37,917 bases of DNA from a virus (IMGVR_UViG_3300045988_120875:1-37917), one strand, 5' to 3'. Shown: positions 7,098 through 14,331, counted from the stretch's first letter. A program made the numbers and translations. Notes: generated from the sequence alone by a model not told the origin.

Positions 7098-7194
7098 GGC
7101 GGTTCCCCCTCTCGATAAGGTCCACGATTTTGAAAAGCCAAGCGGCGGCGGTGGATGCGCCGATCAGCACGAAAATGAACGTTGTTGTATCCAT
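7084..7194 (-). CDS. 36-aa single-TM micro-protein
   Basis: MDTTTFIFVLIGASTAAAWLFKIVDLIERGNRHETR, with a GGAGG RBS 7 nt upstream. It corresponds to the tail of spurious track ORF 7084..7467. Confidence 0.45.
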   Translation of the reverse strand: MDTTTFIFVLIGASTAAAWLFKIVDLIERGNRHETR

Positions 7195-7196
7195 AG

Positions 7197-7409
7197 TTAA
7201 GCCTCCCCGAAGTGATAGCACTGGCGCAGGTTGTTGTCGAAGGCAACCAGAAACCAGCGGTGCGGAATGTTGATGTAGGAAACGGTGCCGGTGCGGGTTG
7301 GGTGCTCCGCGTCGCCCAGGCAAAGGCGGAGACTGCACCGGGTACCCAGCTCCGGCGGCGCGGGCGGCTTTGGGTCCGGCTTGAAGCCGCAGAGGTTGAA
7401 CTTGCTCAT
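7197..7409 (-). CDS. Hypothetical protein (70 aa)
   Basis: The ATG at 7409 overlaps the upstream stop as ATGA. Confidence 0.5.
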   Translation of the reverse strand: MSKFNLCGFKPDPKPPAPPELGTRCSLRLCLGDAEHPTRTGTVSYINIPHRWFLVAFDNNLRQCYHFGEA

Positions 7410-7606
7410 TTTCTGGCACTTCCGCAAAGCTGGCGGGCCAGCGTGGCGGCGGAGATATAGCCGTCAATGAACGTGAAGCGCCGGTGAATGGCCCGGTAGT
7501 CCTTCAGGCCGGTGAAGGCCAGAACCTCTTTGATGTTCAAGAGGTTGCGGCCATGGGAAAAGGTCAAAATCTGTTCAAGATTGTCTCGATATGCGGGATG
7601 TTCCAT
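7406..7606 (-). CDS. Small putative DNA-binding protein (excisionase/MerR-like HTH)
   Basis: 66 aa with a strong AAAGGAGG RBS. The segment LLNIKEVLAFTGLKDYRAIHRRF is HTH-like. Confidence 0.35.
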   Translation of the reverse strand: MEHPAYRDNLEQILTFSHGRNLLNIKEVLAFTGLKDYRAIHRRFTFIDGYISAATLARQLCGSARK

Positions 7607-7726
7607 AGGTGCCTCCTTTTTTGGTTTTGTCGTGATTGCGATTGCAAGTTGGTGTGAATTGGTGTATGTTTGGGGGTAAGGGGGGAATATGCGGTGCAGA
7701 GGGAATTTGAAGAATACGCAAAGAAG

Positions 7727-7906
7727 TTAGCGGCGGATCAGGCCGCCAAGGAACGCGCTAAACAGGATGCCGAGAATGAACGCGAGCGCCGATTTCAAAA
7801 GAAGATCGCGATAGCACAGGTGCTTGTACCGCTTATAACGTTCATCCTTGGCGTCCTCGTTGAACACCTTTCCGGTATCGCTGAGATCGTTTTGAGAATT
7901 TTGCAT
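7727..7906 (-). CDS. 59-aa C-terminally anchored membrane protein
   Basis: ATG at 7906 with GAGGTG 6 nt upstream. I counted GC3 of about 68% against about 54% for the overlapping plus-strand ORF. The orientation fits the operon. Confidence 0.45.
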   Translation of the reverse strand: MQNSQNDLSDTGKVFNEDAKDERYKRYKHLCYRDLLLKSALAFILGILFSAFLGGLIRR

Positions 7907-8272
7907 AAATAACACCTCAAAGAGGATTGAAATGTCATCGTAAAAAGACTTGCGTGGGTGTTCCTGTTTTGGCAAAATAAGTGCATCCCATTAGAAAGGG
8001 GGCGAGGCCTATCAAAGCGGCGCTTAAAGCGTTTGCCACGGCAGGCTTTTTGCCTCCCACGCCAGAACAGAACCAAACCAGGCTTTGACCAGATGGTGGG
8101 AAAGCGGAGTCGCAGCCGCAAAGATGGTGCTTCAAGAAGAAGCGGGCCGTTACCCGCCTGAGAGATCCCACACCAGGGATTCACAGTGCATTGACGTTTC
8201 TGGGTAAAGAGCGAGGAAAATTGTTCGTGTAACGGCACGAATAATTTTTCGGTTCGGAGGTTCGATTAAATC

Positions 8273-8473
8273 TTACTTTCTGGGTATAAAAATATTGTCC
8301 AGGGGGACGCCGTAAAGATCGCAGAGGGAAAGCAGTTTGTCCGCTGGGGGGAATCGCTTGCCGATCTCCCAGTTATAAATCGTGCGGCTGCTGACCCCAA
8401 TGGATCTTGCGGCGTCTGCCTGCTTCATTCCGCGGTTTACGCGGGCGGCGCGGAGGGTAACTTGAAAGCTCAT
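8273..8473 (-). CDS. Cro-like XRE-family HTH regulator (66 aa)
   Basis: GMKQADAARSIGVSSRTIYNWEIGKRFP is a classic XRE HTH. ATG at 8473 follows AAGGAG. The gene is divergent from the cI-like gene. Confidence 0.8.
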   Translation of the reverse strand: MSFQVTLRAARVNRGMKQADAARSIGVSSRTIYNWEIGKRFPPADKLLSLCDLYGVPLDNIFIPRK

Positions 8474-8509
8474 AGCGTGAACTCCTTTCGTTCGATTTAA
8501 TCTAACATT

Positions 8510-8538
8510 ATAATACCACCGGGGAAAAGGGATGTCAA
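8510..8538 (-). promoter_or_regulatory. Sigma-70/A-type promoter for the leftward early operon
   Basis: On the minus strand, TTGACA (8533..8538), a 17-nt spacer, then TATTAT (8510..8515), with TATAAT offset by 2 nt. Confidence 0.6.
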
Positions 8539-8570
8539 GCAAAAAGTTAGGTTAAAGCGAAAAATAGTTC

Positions 8571-8599
8571 TTGCAATTCGATTAAAAATGACTTACAAT
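8571..8599 (+). promoter_or_regulatory. Sigma-70/A-type promoter for the rightward lysogeny operon
   Basis: TTGCAA (8571..8576), a 17-nt spacer, then TACAAT (8594..8599), 29 nt upstream of the cI-like start. Confidence 0.6.
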
Positions 8600-8627
8600 G
8601 AATTTAACAAAAAAGGGGGTGAATCCA

Positions 8628-8972
8628 ATGGGGCAAGAAGAAATCTGTGCAGTTTTTGCGCGGAATCTAAATAAATTGATGGTCCGGGAGAACCTGAAGC
8701 AAAGCGATCTCGTATTAAAATTGAACGTATCGAAAGCCCAGGTATCAGACTGGTGTGCCGGGAAGAACATTCCCAGATCGAACTATCTGGCTTCGCTGGT
8801 AGACCTGTTCGGCTGTCAGCTTTCAGAGCTTATGAGCGAGAAACAGCCCGCCCCCACGAATGGGGACGAGCTGGCGGAAGATGATAAGCGGATCATTGAG
8901 CTTTTACATCAGCTGACGCCGGAGAACCGGGAGCGGATCGCTGAGATAATAAAAGCTCTTGCATCGCAATAA
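8628..8972 (+). CDS. cI-like XRE-family HTH repressor (114 aa)
   Basis: The HTH is LKQSDLVLKLNVSKAQVSDWCAGKNIP, with a C-terminal helical tail. ATG at 8628 follows AAGGGGGTG. Confidence 0.8.
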   Translation: MGQEEICAVFARNLNKLMVRENLKQSDLVLKLNVSKAQVSDWCAGKNIPRSNYLASLVDLFGCQLSELMSEKQPAPTNGDELAEDDKRIIELLHQLTPENRERIAEIIKALASQ

Positions 8973-9190
8973 GGACGGCGGCTTGCTTCTCCGGCGGTAA
9001 GGTGTGGAAGGTGTTCAGGAACTCAAGGTCTGTCATGGGATGCTCCTTTCTATTTGAAACCCCGGCCCGCCGAAGAAGCGGGACCGGGGAAAGGGGAGTG
9101 GGCCTATGCAGAACAATAGACCCATTTAGCGGGAAAGTCCAATTCAAAGGGAGGATTTCTCTTGCAAAAAACTTTCAAGGAGGGGAAACG

Positions 9191-9544
9191 GTGAATTTTT
9201 CGGAAAAGGCGAGGGCAATGCGCATGAAAAGCCCGCTGACGCTGCGGGAGATCGGGGAACAGTGCAACGTATCTGAAAGCATGGTATCGCGCTACATTTC
9301 CGGCGCGGCGAAACCGCCGGACGATGTGGCCGAAAAGATTCTGGAAGTGCTGCGGAACAGTGAGCAAGACGACGACCGGGGCATTTACGCCGCCCATATT
9401 GACGATCTGCGGCGCTTGATCCGCCAGCAGCAGAGGGAGAAGCGGGTTTTGTTCGGGATTCTGCTGTTCTTCATGTTCCTTACGCTGCTGCTCTATCTGG
9501 ACGCCGCCCACGGAGACTGGGGCGCGTTCCGGTACATTGGATAA
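9191..9544 (+). CDS. Membrane-tethered XRE-type HTH protein (117 aa, C-terminal TM)
   Basis: GTG start 5 nt after AGGAGGGG. The HTH is LTLREIGEQCNVSESMVSRYISG and the TM segment is VLFGILLFFMFLTLLLYL. Confidence 0.6.
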   Translation: MNFSEKARAMRMKSPLTLREIGEQCNVSESMVSRYISGAAKPPDDVAEKILEVLRNSEQDDDRGIYAAHIDDLRRLIRQQQREKRVLFGILLFFMFLTLLLYLDAAHGDWGAFRYIG

Positions 9545-9594
9545 AAAGCCGCCTGATGCAAGCACCTTTAGCGGCATGAATTGGAGGCATAAAG

Positions 9595-10032
9595 TTGGAA
9601 TATTGGAGTGAGAAATGTCCTTACTGCGGAGCAAAAACGAGAAAATCCAGCATAGATAATGAAAAAACATTCGACACGCCATTGGTAACGTGTAGGGCAT
9701 GCGGGAAAACGTACATTCACCCGGACCGTATCGAAATAGGAATGTTGTCCACCTATGGCCGGAAACGGTTTGCCAGAAAAATGATGTTTAGTATGGCCTG
9801 GAGGTCTGCGTTTTTTGGGCTGCTTGGGTTTGCTGTTGCGGAAGGCATCGCAAATCTTGGGCATGACATATCGACGGCGATTGGCGTTGCTGTTTGTCTG
9901 CTTCTATTGCTCCTTTCCACAAGGTTTATCAAAAACACAATGGAAACAGAATTGAAAGAATCCGAGAAGCGATTAGCTGTTCCTGGATACAGGGAACTAT
10001 TAGAAAAGGCAGGCTACAAGCCACACTGGTAA
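9595..10032 (+). CDS. Zinc-ribbon plus two-TM membrane protein (low-GC moron)
   Basis: TTG start 7 nt after GGAGG. It has CPYCG...CRACG and then two hydrophobic segments. Line 9601-9660 is 23/60 GC. Confidence 0.55.
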   Translation: MEYWSEKCPYCGAKTRKSSIDNEKTFDTPLVTCRACGKTYIHPDRIEIGMLSTYGRKRFARKMMFSMAWRSAFFGLLGFAVAEGIANLGHDISTAIGVAVCLLLLLLSTRFIKNTMETELKESEKRLAVPGYRELLEKAGYKPHW

Positions 10033-10038
10033 ATAAAA

Positions 10039-10068
10039 GCCGCCTGAGTGCGGGAACACTCAGACGGC
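10039..10068. terminator. GC-rich hairpin between the membrane-protein gene and int
   Basis: GCCGCCTGAGTG / CACTCAGACGGC pair at 11/12 positions. There is an A-run upstream and no T-run downstream, so it is canonical only for minus-strand readthrough. Confidence 0.35.
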
Positions 10069-10165
10069 AGATGATACCACCAATCGCAATCACGACAAAG
10101 CCAAAGGAGGATCATTCACAGTATAGCACGATCCCCCTGGCGATGCAACAGGAGGAAAGGAAAAA

Positions 10166-11248
10166 ATGGCGAAGAAAAGTAAATATGGCGTCCGCAAGGA
10201 CGGGCTGCACGAGGCGATCCGCACCATCAACGGCAAGCGGGTAGCCTTTCGGGGCAAGACAGATCGGGAAATTGACCGCAAAATCCTGGAATACAAGCTG
10301 GAGGCGGAGAAGGGCCGGAATTTCCCGGTGATCGCGGATGAATGGGAGAGGGAACACGAGAGCGAGATCTCCGAATCATCCCGGCGAGTATACAGCTACG
10401 CCGTGAAGCGCCTGAAAGAGGCGTTCCCGGGTAGGGCGTCGGAGATCGAGCCGATAGACGTGCGAAACTACATCAAGCGTTTTGAGGCCCAGGGACGCAG
10501 CGCAAACAGCGTCGGTATTGAGCTTGCCGTCTGCCGGATGATCTTTGCACATGCCGTTATTAAGGGCGATATTCGGATCAGTCCGGCGGCGGAGGTCAAG
10601 AAGAGCCGGGGCCTGCCCTGCAAAAAGCGGGAGGCGCTGACGGAAGAGCAGGAGGAGGCCGTGAAAGCGGCGGGGCTGACAAAGGCGGTCCGCTGGTGGC
10701 TGTTTGGCTATCTGCTGTTGTACACCGGATGCCGCCGGGGTGAGGCGCTGGCGCTGACGTATCGGGACATTGACCGCAAAGCCGGTGTGATCCACGTCGA
10801 CAAGAAGGTCAACTACGCCACCGGCAAGCCGGTTTTGGAAAACCATCTGAAATCCGAAAACGGTCTGCGGGACATTCCCCTGCTGCCCCCTCTGGCGGCG
10901 GCGTTGCCGAAAAACCGAATCGGGCTGCTGTTTCCGGGGGATGATGGGGGTTATATGCGGCCCCATGAGATCACGCGGGAGTGGCGGCACTACTGCCGGG
11001 ACGTGGGCCTGAATGAGATCCAGCAGGGCGAAAACGGCGAGACGGTGGAGACGTTCCCCATCACGCCGCACTGCTTCCGGCACAGCTTCGCGACGATCTG
11101 TTATGAGGCGGGGCTTGATCCCAGACAGGCGGCTGGCCTGCTGGGCGATACGCCGGACGTGGTGGAGGCGGTTTACACCCATCTGCGGCAGGACCGGAGA
11201 CAGACCGCAGCCGAAAAGCTGACGGCGTATTTTGAAGCTGTAAAGTAA
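10166..11248 (+). CDS. int: Tyrosine recombinase / phage integrase
   Basis: 360 aa. TGCRRGEAL (catalytic Arg), HCFRHSFAT (HxxR) and LLGDTPDVVEAVYTHL (catalytic Tyr). RBS is AGGAGGAAAGGA. Confidence 0.95.
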   Translation: MAKKSKYGVRKDGLHEAIRTINGKRVAFRGKTDREIDRKILEYKLEAEKGRNFPVIADEWEREHESEISESSRRVYSYAVKRLKEAFPGRASEIEPIDVRNYIKRFEAQGRSANSVGIELAVCRMIFAHAVIKGDIRISPAAEVKKSRGLPCKKREALTEEQEEAVKAAGLTKAVRWWLFGYLLLYTGCRRGEALALTYRDIDRKAGVIHVDKKVNYATGKPVLENHLKSENGLRDIPLLPPLAAALPKNRIGLLFPGDDGGYMRPHEITREWRHYCRDVGLNEIQQGENGETVETFPITPHCFRHSFATICYEAGLDPRQAAGLLGDTPDVVEAVYTHLRQDRRQTAAEKLTAYFEAVK

Positions 11249-11290
11249 AAACACTTTCGTGTGAACTTTTCGGCGAAAAGACGGCTCCCA

Positions 11291-11312
11291 ACTGTGAAGT
11301 TACTGTGAAGTT
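11291..11312 (+). repeat. Tandem 11-mers ACTGTGAAGTT x2 (candidate integrase arm-type sites)
   Basis: Perfect tandem duplication at 11291..11301 and 11302..11312. Confidence 0.7.
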
Positions 11313-11477
11313 CGGAACGCAAAAAGGCGCAAACAAGCACAAGCATTTGCAACACAAAAATAGCGCTGGAAGCGTTGCGGGACAATGGATGCCTTGATTT
11401 TAAAGAAAAATGAGGAAATGGTGAAAATTTAAAACTTTTGTAAGACTTTTTGAGGAATGGCAAGGGATTGCGGCTAT

Positions 11478-11499
11478 ACTGTGAACGTACTGTGAAGCA
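11478..11499 (+). repeat. Tandem 11-mers ACTGTGAACGT / ACTGTGAAGCA (candidate arm-type sites)
   Basis: Same ACTGTGAA core and same orientation as 11291..11312, about 165 bp away. Confidence 0.7.
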
Positions 11500-11521
11500 T
11501 GGCGAAAACGGCATAAAAAAT

Positions 11522-11558
11522 CAGCGGCTCGGAGGTTTTCCGGGCCGCTGTTCTTTTG
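11522..11558. terminator. Bidirectional intrinsic terminator
   Basis: CAGCGGC...GCCGCTG stem, with an A-run on the left and TTCTTTTGT on the right. It lies just downstream of the stop of 11568..11873. Confidence 0.6.
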
Positions 11559-11567
11559 TGCTGGGAA

Positions 11568-11873
11568 TTATTGCCAGGTGACAACGGTATCAACAAGGAA
11601 TTTCCCGGCGGAGTCCCGCACGGTAACGCGGCCTTTAAGCTCGTTTCCGCTGATCTGTTCGGGGTCCGCGTATGCCTCGCAGATGACCTCGCCGGACTCC
11701 GTGATAAAGGCCCCTTCTCCGTATTTTGAGTCGGCCACGCGGAGACTGTCGGGCAAATCCAGCGTTGCATGCAGCCAGGTGCCGGGGAAATTCTCAAAGG
11801 GAACCGCGCGAACCTTCACCGCGTCGGGAACGTTCCGAAAGGTTGAGGGGATTTTGTAAAGATGGGCGATCAT
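11568..11873 (-). CDS. Hypothetical protein (101 aa)
   Basis: The internal ATG at 11873 is preferred (AAAGGACGG upstream). It is the last gene of the accessory operon. Confidence 0.5.
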   Translation of the reverse strand: MIAHLYKIPSTFRNVPDAVKVRAVPFENFPGTWLHATLDLPDSLRVADSKYGEGAFITESGEVICEAYADPEQISGNELKGRVTVRDSAGKFLVDTVVTWQ

Positions 11874-11941
11874 GTGTTTTCCGTCCTTTCTCCGGCGTTG
11901 GCCGGTCTGTAAGTTGATGGTAACATGGGCTGCGTTGATTG

Positions 11942-12397
11942 TCAACGCTCCCAGCTGCGCTTCTCGGTGTCCTGCACGGTCTCAATACCGGGGCGCTGGT
12001 GCTTCAGCTCCGCGAACCGGGCGAAAGCTGCGCGGCGCTCCTTGCCGGTGAAGTGCTCATGCAGCACGGTTTCCGTGGTGCCGTCCTCATAGGTGCGGAT
12101 AATCTGCACATGGTACAGAACCGGACTATCACGCCAGCGGCGCTCACGGGTTAGCTCCAGCCGGTCACGGTATGCGGCAGTAGCAAGGGCGGCGTATCGC
12201 TCCGTCAGGGCTGCGCGGTACTCGGTCAGCTGGGCGATCAGCTCGTTACACCGGGCAATCATCCGGGCGGCGCTGTCATCGTGGGCCTTGATGCGGTCGG
12301 CGGTCAGGATGTCGGGCCGGAGCAGATAGGCAGTCAGCCGTATTTCCGCTTCCCGGCTGGGGTTGCCGTAGCGCTGGAATAGGTCAAGATAGCTCAT
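11942..12397 (-). CDS. Hypothetical protein (151 aa)
   Basis: ATG at 12397 (MSYLDLFQRYGNP...). The N-terminal part of the longer track ORF is low-complexity and overlaps the upstream gene. Confidence 0.5.
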   Translation of the reverse strand: MSYLDLFQRYGNPSREAEIRLTAYLLRPDILTADRIKAHDDSAARMIARCNELIAQLTEYRAALTERYAALATAAYRDRLELTRERRWRDSPVLYHVQIIRTYEDGTTETVLHEHFTGKERRAAFARFAELKHQRPGIETVQDTEKRSWER

Positions 12398-12443
12398 ATA
12401 TGGGTCCCTTCTGCCCTCGTGACCTCCGGGGCGGGCGTGGTGG

Positions 12444-12809
12444 TTAGTGGGTGGGGCACTGGAACAGGACGCAAAGGCCATTCCTGCGGGCGATCTGATT
12501 GATGCGTTCGGCGGTTGATCTGCCAAGAGAAAAGACGGCGATAAAATCCGCGTGGCAGTCATCCGGGGAGAATACCGGCTTGCACTCAACGCCCAGCATT
12601 CGAAGGAATGTTACGGTGTCGGCTACTACCATGATCTCGTGGCCTGCTTCTGCGCAGCATTCGCGGTAAAGGTCAACGCCGTATTTGTCACGGATGGCGT
12701 CGAGCTGGTCCACGTCGAAAAGTTCCGTAAAAGGTTCATATCTGTGCGGGGCGGCGAGGTGGGCGGCGATGATCTCGCTTCTGCATGCCCAATATCCGGC
12801 TGTTTTCAT
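12444..12809 (-). CDS. Hypothetical protein (121 aa)
   Basis: AAAGGAG RBS. No motif recognised. Confidence 0.55.
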   Translation of the reverse strand: MKTAGYWACRSEIIAAHLAAPHRYEPFTELFDVDQLDAIRDKYGVDLYRECCAEAGHEIMVVADTVTFLRMLGVECKPVFSPDDCHADFIAVFSLGRSTAERINQIARRNGLCVLFQCPTH

Positions 12810-12827
12810 GGTTCATGCTCCTTTCTG

Positions 12828-13079
12828 TTATCGCTCCAGGCCAACGGTGGCAAGAGCGCGGGTGATTACGTCAATTTCCATCTGGCCCCATCCGTCCCGG
12901 CGGAGGGTGTCGGCCAAACATCCGGTGTCGATGTCCTGCAAGGGGGCATCTTTTACGGCGATCACGTCACCATTTCCGGCAACGTATTTTCTTGCGGCGG
13001 CTTCGCTCTCTGCCGGGACGGTGACCTTGAATGCGTCCCCGTCATCCATGTAGACGGTGTAAACGTGCAGCTTCTTCAT
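12828..13079 (-). CDS. Hypothetical protein (83 aa)
   Basis: AAAGGAG RBS. Confidence 0.55.
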   Translation of the reverse strand: MKKLHVYTVYMDDGDAFKVTVPAESEAAARKYVAGNGDVIAVKDAPLQDIDTGCLADTLRRDGWGQMEIDVITRALATVGLER

Positions 13080-13093
13080 GTTCGATTCTCCTT

Positions 13094-13291
13094 TCAGTGG
13101 GTGGCGTGGAGGATCTGCCAGAGATCCCCCACAACGGAAATGGTCAGGCCCATTTCAGCGGCGGCACGGCGGGCGGCGTCCTCGGTGCGGTAGGCTTTGC
13201 CGTTGGTGGGGTTCGTGCCGGTCTCGGTGACGGCTTTCACGGCGTAGCGGGTGCGCTTGCCGTAGCCGCTGGTTTCGATTGCATAAATCAT
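13094..13291 (-). CDS. Hypothetical protein (65 aa)
   Basis: AAAGGAG RBS. Confidence 0.5.
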   Translation of the reverse strand: MIYAIETSGYGKRTRYAVKAVTETGTNPTNGKAYRTEDAARRAAAEMGLTISVVGDLWQILHATH

Positions 13292-13325
13292 GGCGATACT
13301 CCTTTCTGGTGGTGGCGCGTCCCGG

Positions 13326-13826
13326 TCAAGCCGGGAGCGCGTCGGAATTGGTGGAACGGGCGAAGGTGGTGCTGCCGTACTTGCTGCGGATCTCTGCCAT
13401 GGTCTTGGTGCCCTTGTGCCAGCGCTGGCCTTCCTCGGCGAAATGCCAGGACCAAAGCTTTTTCGTGCTGCTCCACCGGCACCCAGCAGCCTTCAGGGCT
13501 TCCTTATGTTCGCGGGTGTTGCCGCCGATCCAGAGCCAGCGGCCGCATAACTCAATCTCGAGGCCGTCCAGCTTCAGCAGGGCCGCGATGATGGCAATGA
13601 AATCGCCTGCGCTCTCGGTGGTGGCGTGGGTCCGTCCGGTGGTGTCCTCGGCGGCCTGCTCATTCTGGGACCGCTTCAGGACCTCAAACCGGGCCGAATA
13701 CTCGGCGTTGATGGCCTGCATGGTGGCGGTGTCTCCGCCCATGTTGGGGTGGTTCTTCATGGCGGCGGCCTTGTAAGCCTTCTTCAGCTCGTCGAGGTTC
13801 TTGCAGTTGATGAAGTAAGTAGTCAT
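13326..13826 (-). CDS. J-domain-like protein (HPN instead of HPD) with a W-rich C-terminal domain
   Basis: LDELKKAYKAAAMKNHPNMGGDTATMQAINAEY resembles a DnaJ J-domain. The C-terminus is GRWLWIGGNTREHKEALKAAGCRWSSTKKLWSWH. ATG at 13826 follows GAAAGGA. Confidence 0.5.
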   Translation of the reverse strand: MTTYFINCKNLDELKKAYKAAAMKNHPNMGGDTATMQAINAEYSARFEVLKRSQNEQAAEDTTGRTHATTESAGDFIAIIAALLKLDGLEIELCGRWLWIGGNTREHKEALKAAGCRWSSTKKLWSWHFAEEGQRWHKGTKTMAEIRSKYGSTTFARSTNSDALPA

Positions 13827-13886
13827 GGTGTTATCCTTTCCGGCCTGTCGGCCTGTGGCGTTGTCGTGTTTGCTGTTGTTGCCTGA

Positions 13887-13916
13887 ATTATAAGGCGGAC
13901 TGATACGAGCTGTCAA
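13887..13916 (-). promoter_or_regulatory. Near-consensus sigma-70/A promoter for the 13826..11568 operon
   Basis: On the minus strand, TTGACA (13911..13916), an 18-nt spacer, then TATAAT (13887..13892). The spacer contains GGCGGACTGATAC. Confidence 0.6.
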
Positions 13917-14045
13917 GGGGGTTTTTGCAAATTCGTGCAGGTTTGGCAGGTTCGCACAGTATCAGGCGGACTTTTTTGTGCATGTTGTCAGGCTGACTTA
14001 TACGCGCCTATGCGATATAATAGGACGCAAAAGGAGGTGTAGCCA

Positions 14046-14243
14046 TTGGAGCACAAGGAATTGAAGACCAGCAAGGCCCAGCGTGACGCCTCCCTCAAAT
14101 GGGAGCGCGAGAACAACGAGAAAGTCACGGTCAAGCTGAGGATCGGCACCGACCCCAGCAAGGCCCAGATCAGAGCGGCAGCAGCTGCGGCAGGCCAAAG
14201 CGTAAATGCTTGGATCATTGAGGCCATCCGGGACAAGCTGTAA
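14046..14243 (+). CDS. Ribbon-helix-helix (Arc/CopG-like) DNA-binding protein
   Basis: TTG start 8 nt after AGGAGG. The C-terminal GQSVNAWIIEAIRDKL is typical of RHH proteins. TATAAT at 14016..14021 lies upstream. Confidence 0.55.
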   Translation: MEHKELKTSKAQRDASLKWERENNEKVTVKLRIGTDPSKAQIRAAAAAAGQSVNAWIIEAIRDKL

Positions 14244-14253
14244 CGAGCGACAG

Positions 14254-14290
14254 AGCGTCGAGGGATAACACCCCCGGCGCTTTTCTCTTT
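14254..14290 (+). terminator. Intrinsic terminator after the RHH gene
   Basis: Imperfect GC hairpin at 14254..14281 followed by TTTTCTCTTT. Confidence 0.55.
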
Positions 14291-14331
14291 GTGAGCGTGG
14301 GCGGGGCGGCGGCAGCAGCGGCAGCGGCAGC

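Larger units (their letters stand above)
11249..11567. other. Putative attP region
   Basis: ORF-free, AT-rich and directly downstream of int. It is flanked internally by two pairs of tandem arm-type repeats. Confidence 0.55.

Noticed and set aside
7694-7912. Plus-strand ORF (track 7670..7912) with a GTG start after AAGGGGGG and a C-terminal TM helix.
   Set aside because: It is antisense to the 7727..7906 minus-strand ORF. That ORF has an ATG start, GAGGTG at optimal spacing, higher GC3 by my count (about 68% against 54%) and the same orientation as the surrounding operon. Only one of the two is likely to be real, and this call is not certain.
8893-9147. Minus-strand ORF whose internal ATG at 9036 has an AGGAG RBS. 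It would encode MTDLEFLNTFHTLPPEKQAAVLIAMQELL...
   Set aside because: Its 3' 80 nt run antisense through the C-terminus of the well-supported cI-like gene, and the tail is low in complexity. It may be a relic of a recombined repressor C-terminal helix. Evidence is insufficient to call it a gene.
9104-9700. 198-aa minus-strand ORF.
   Set aside because: It is antisense to the HTH-TM gene and spans two intergenic regions. It has no RBS and an implausible composition.
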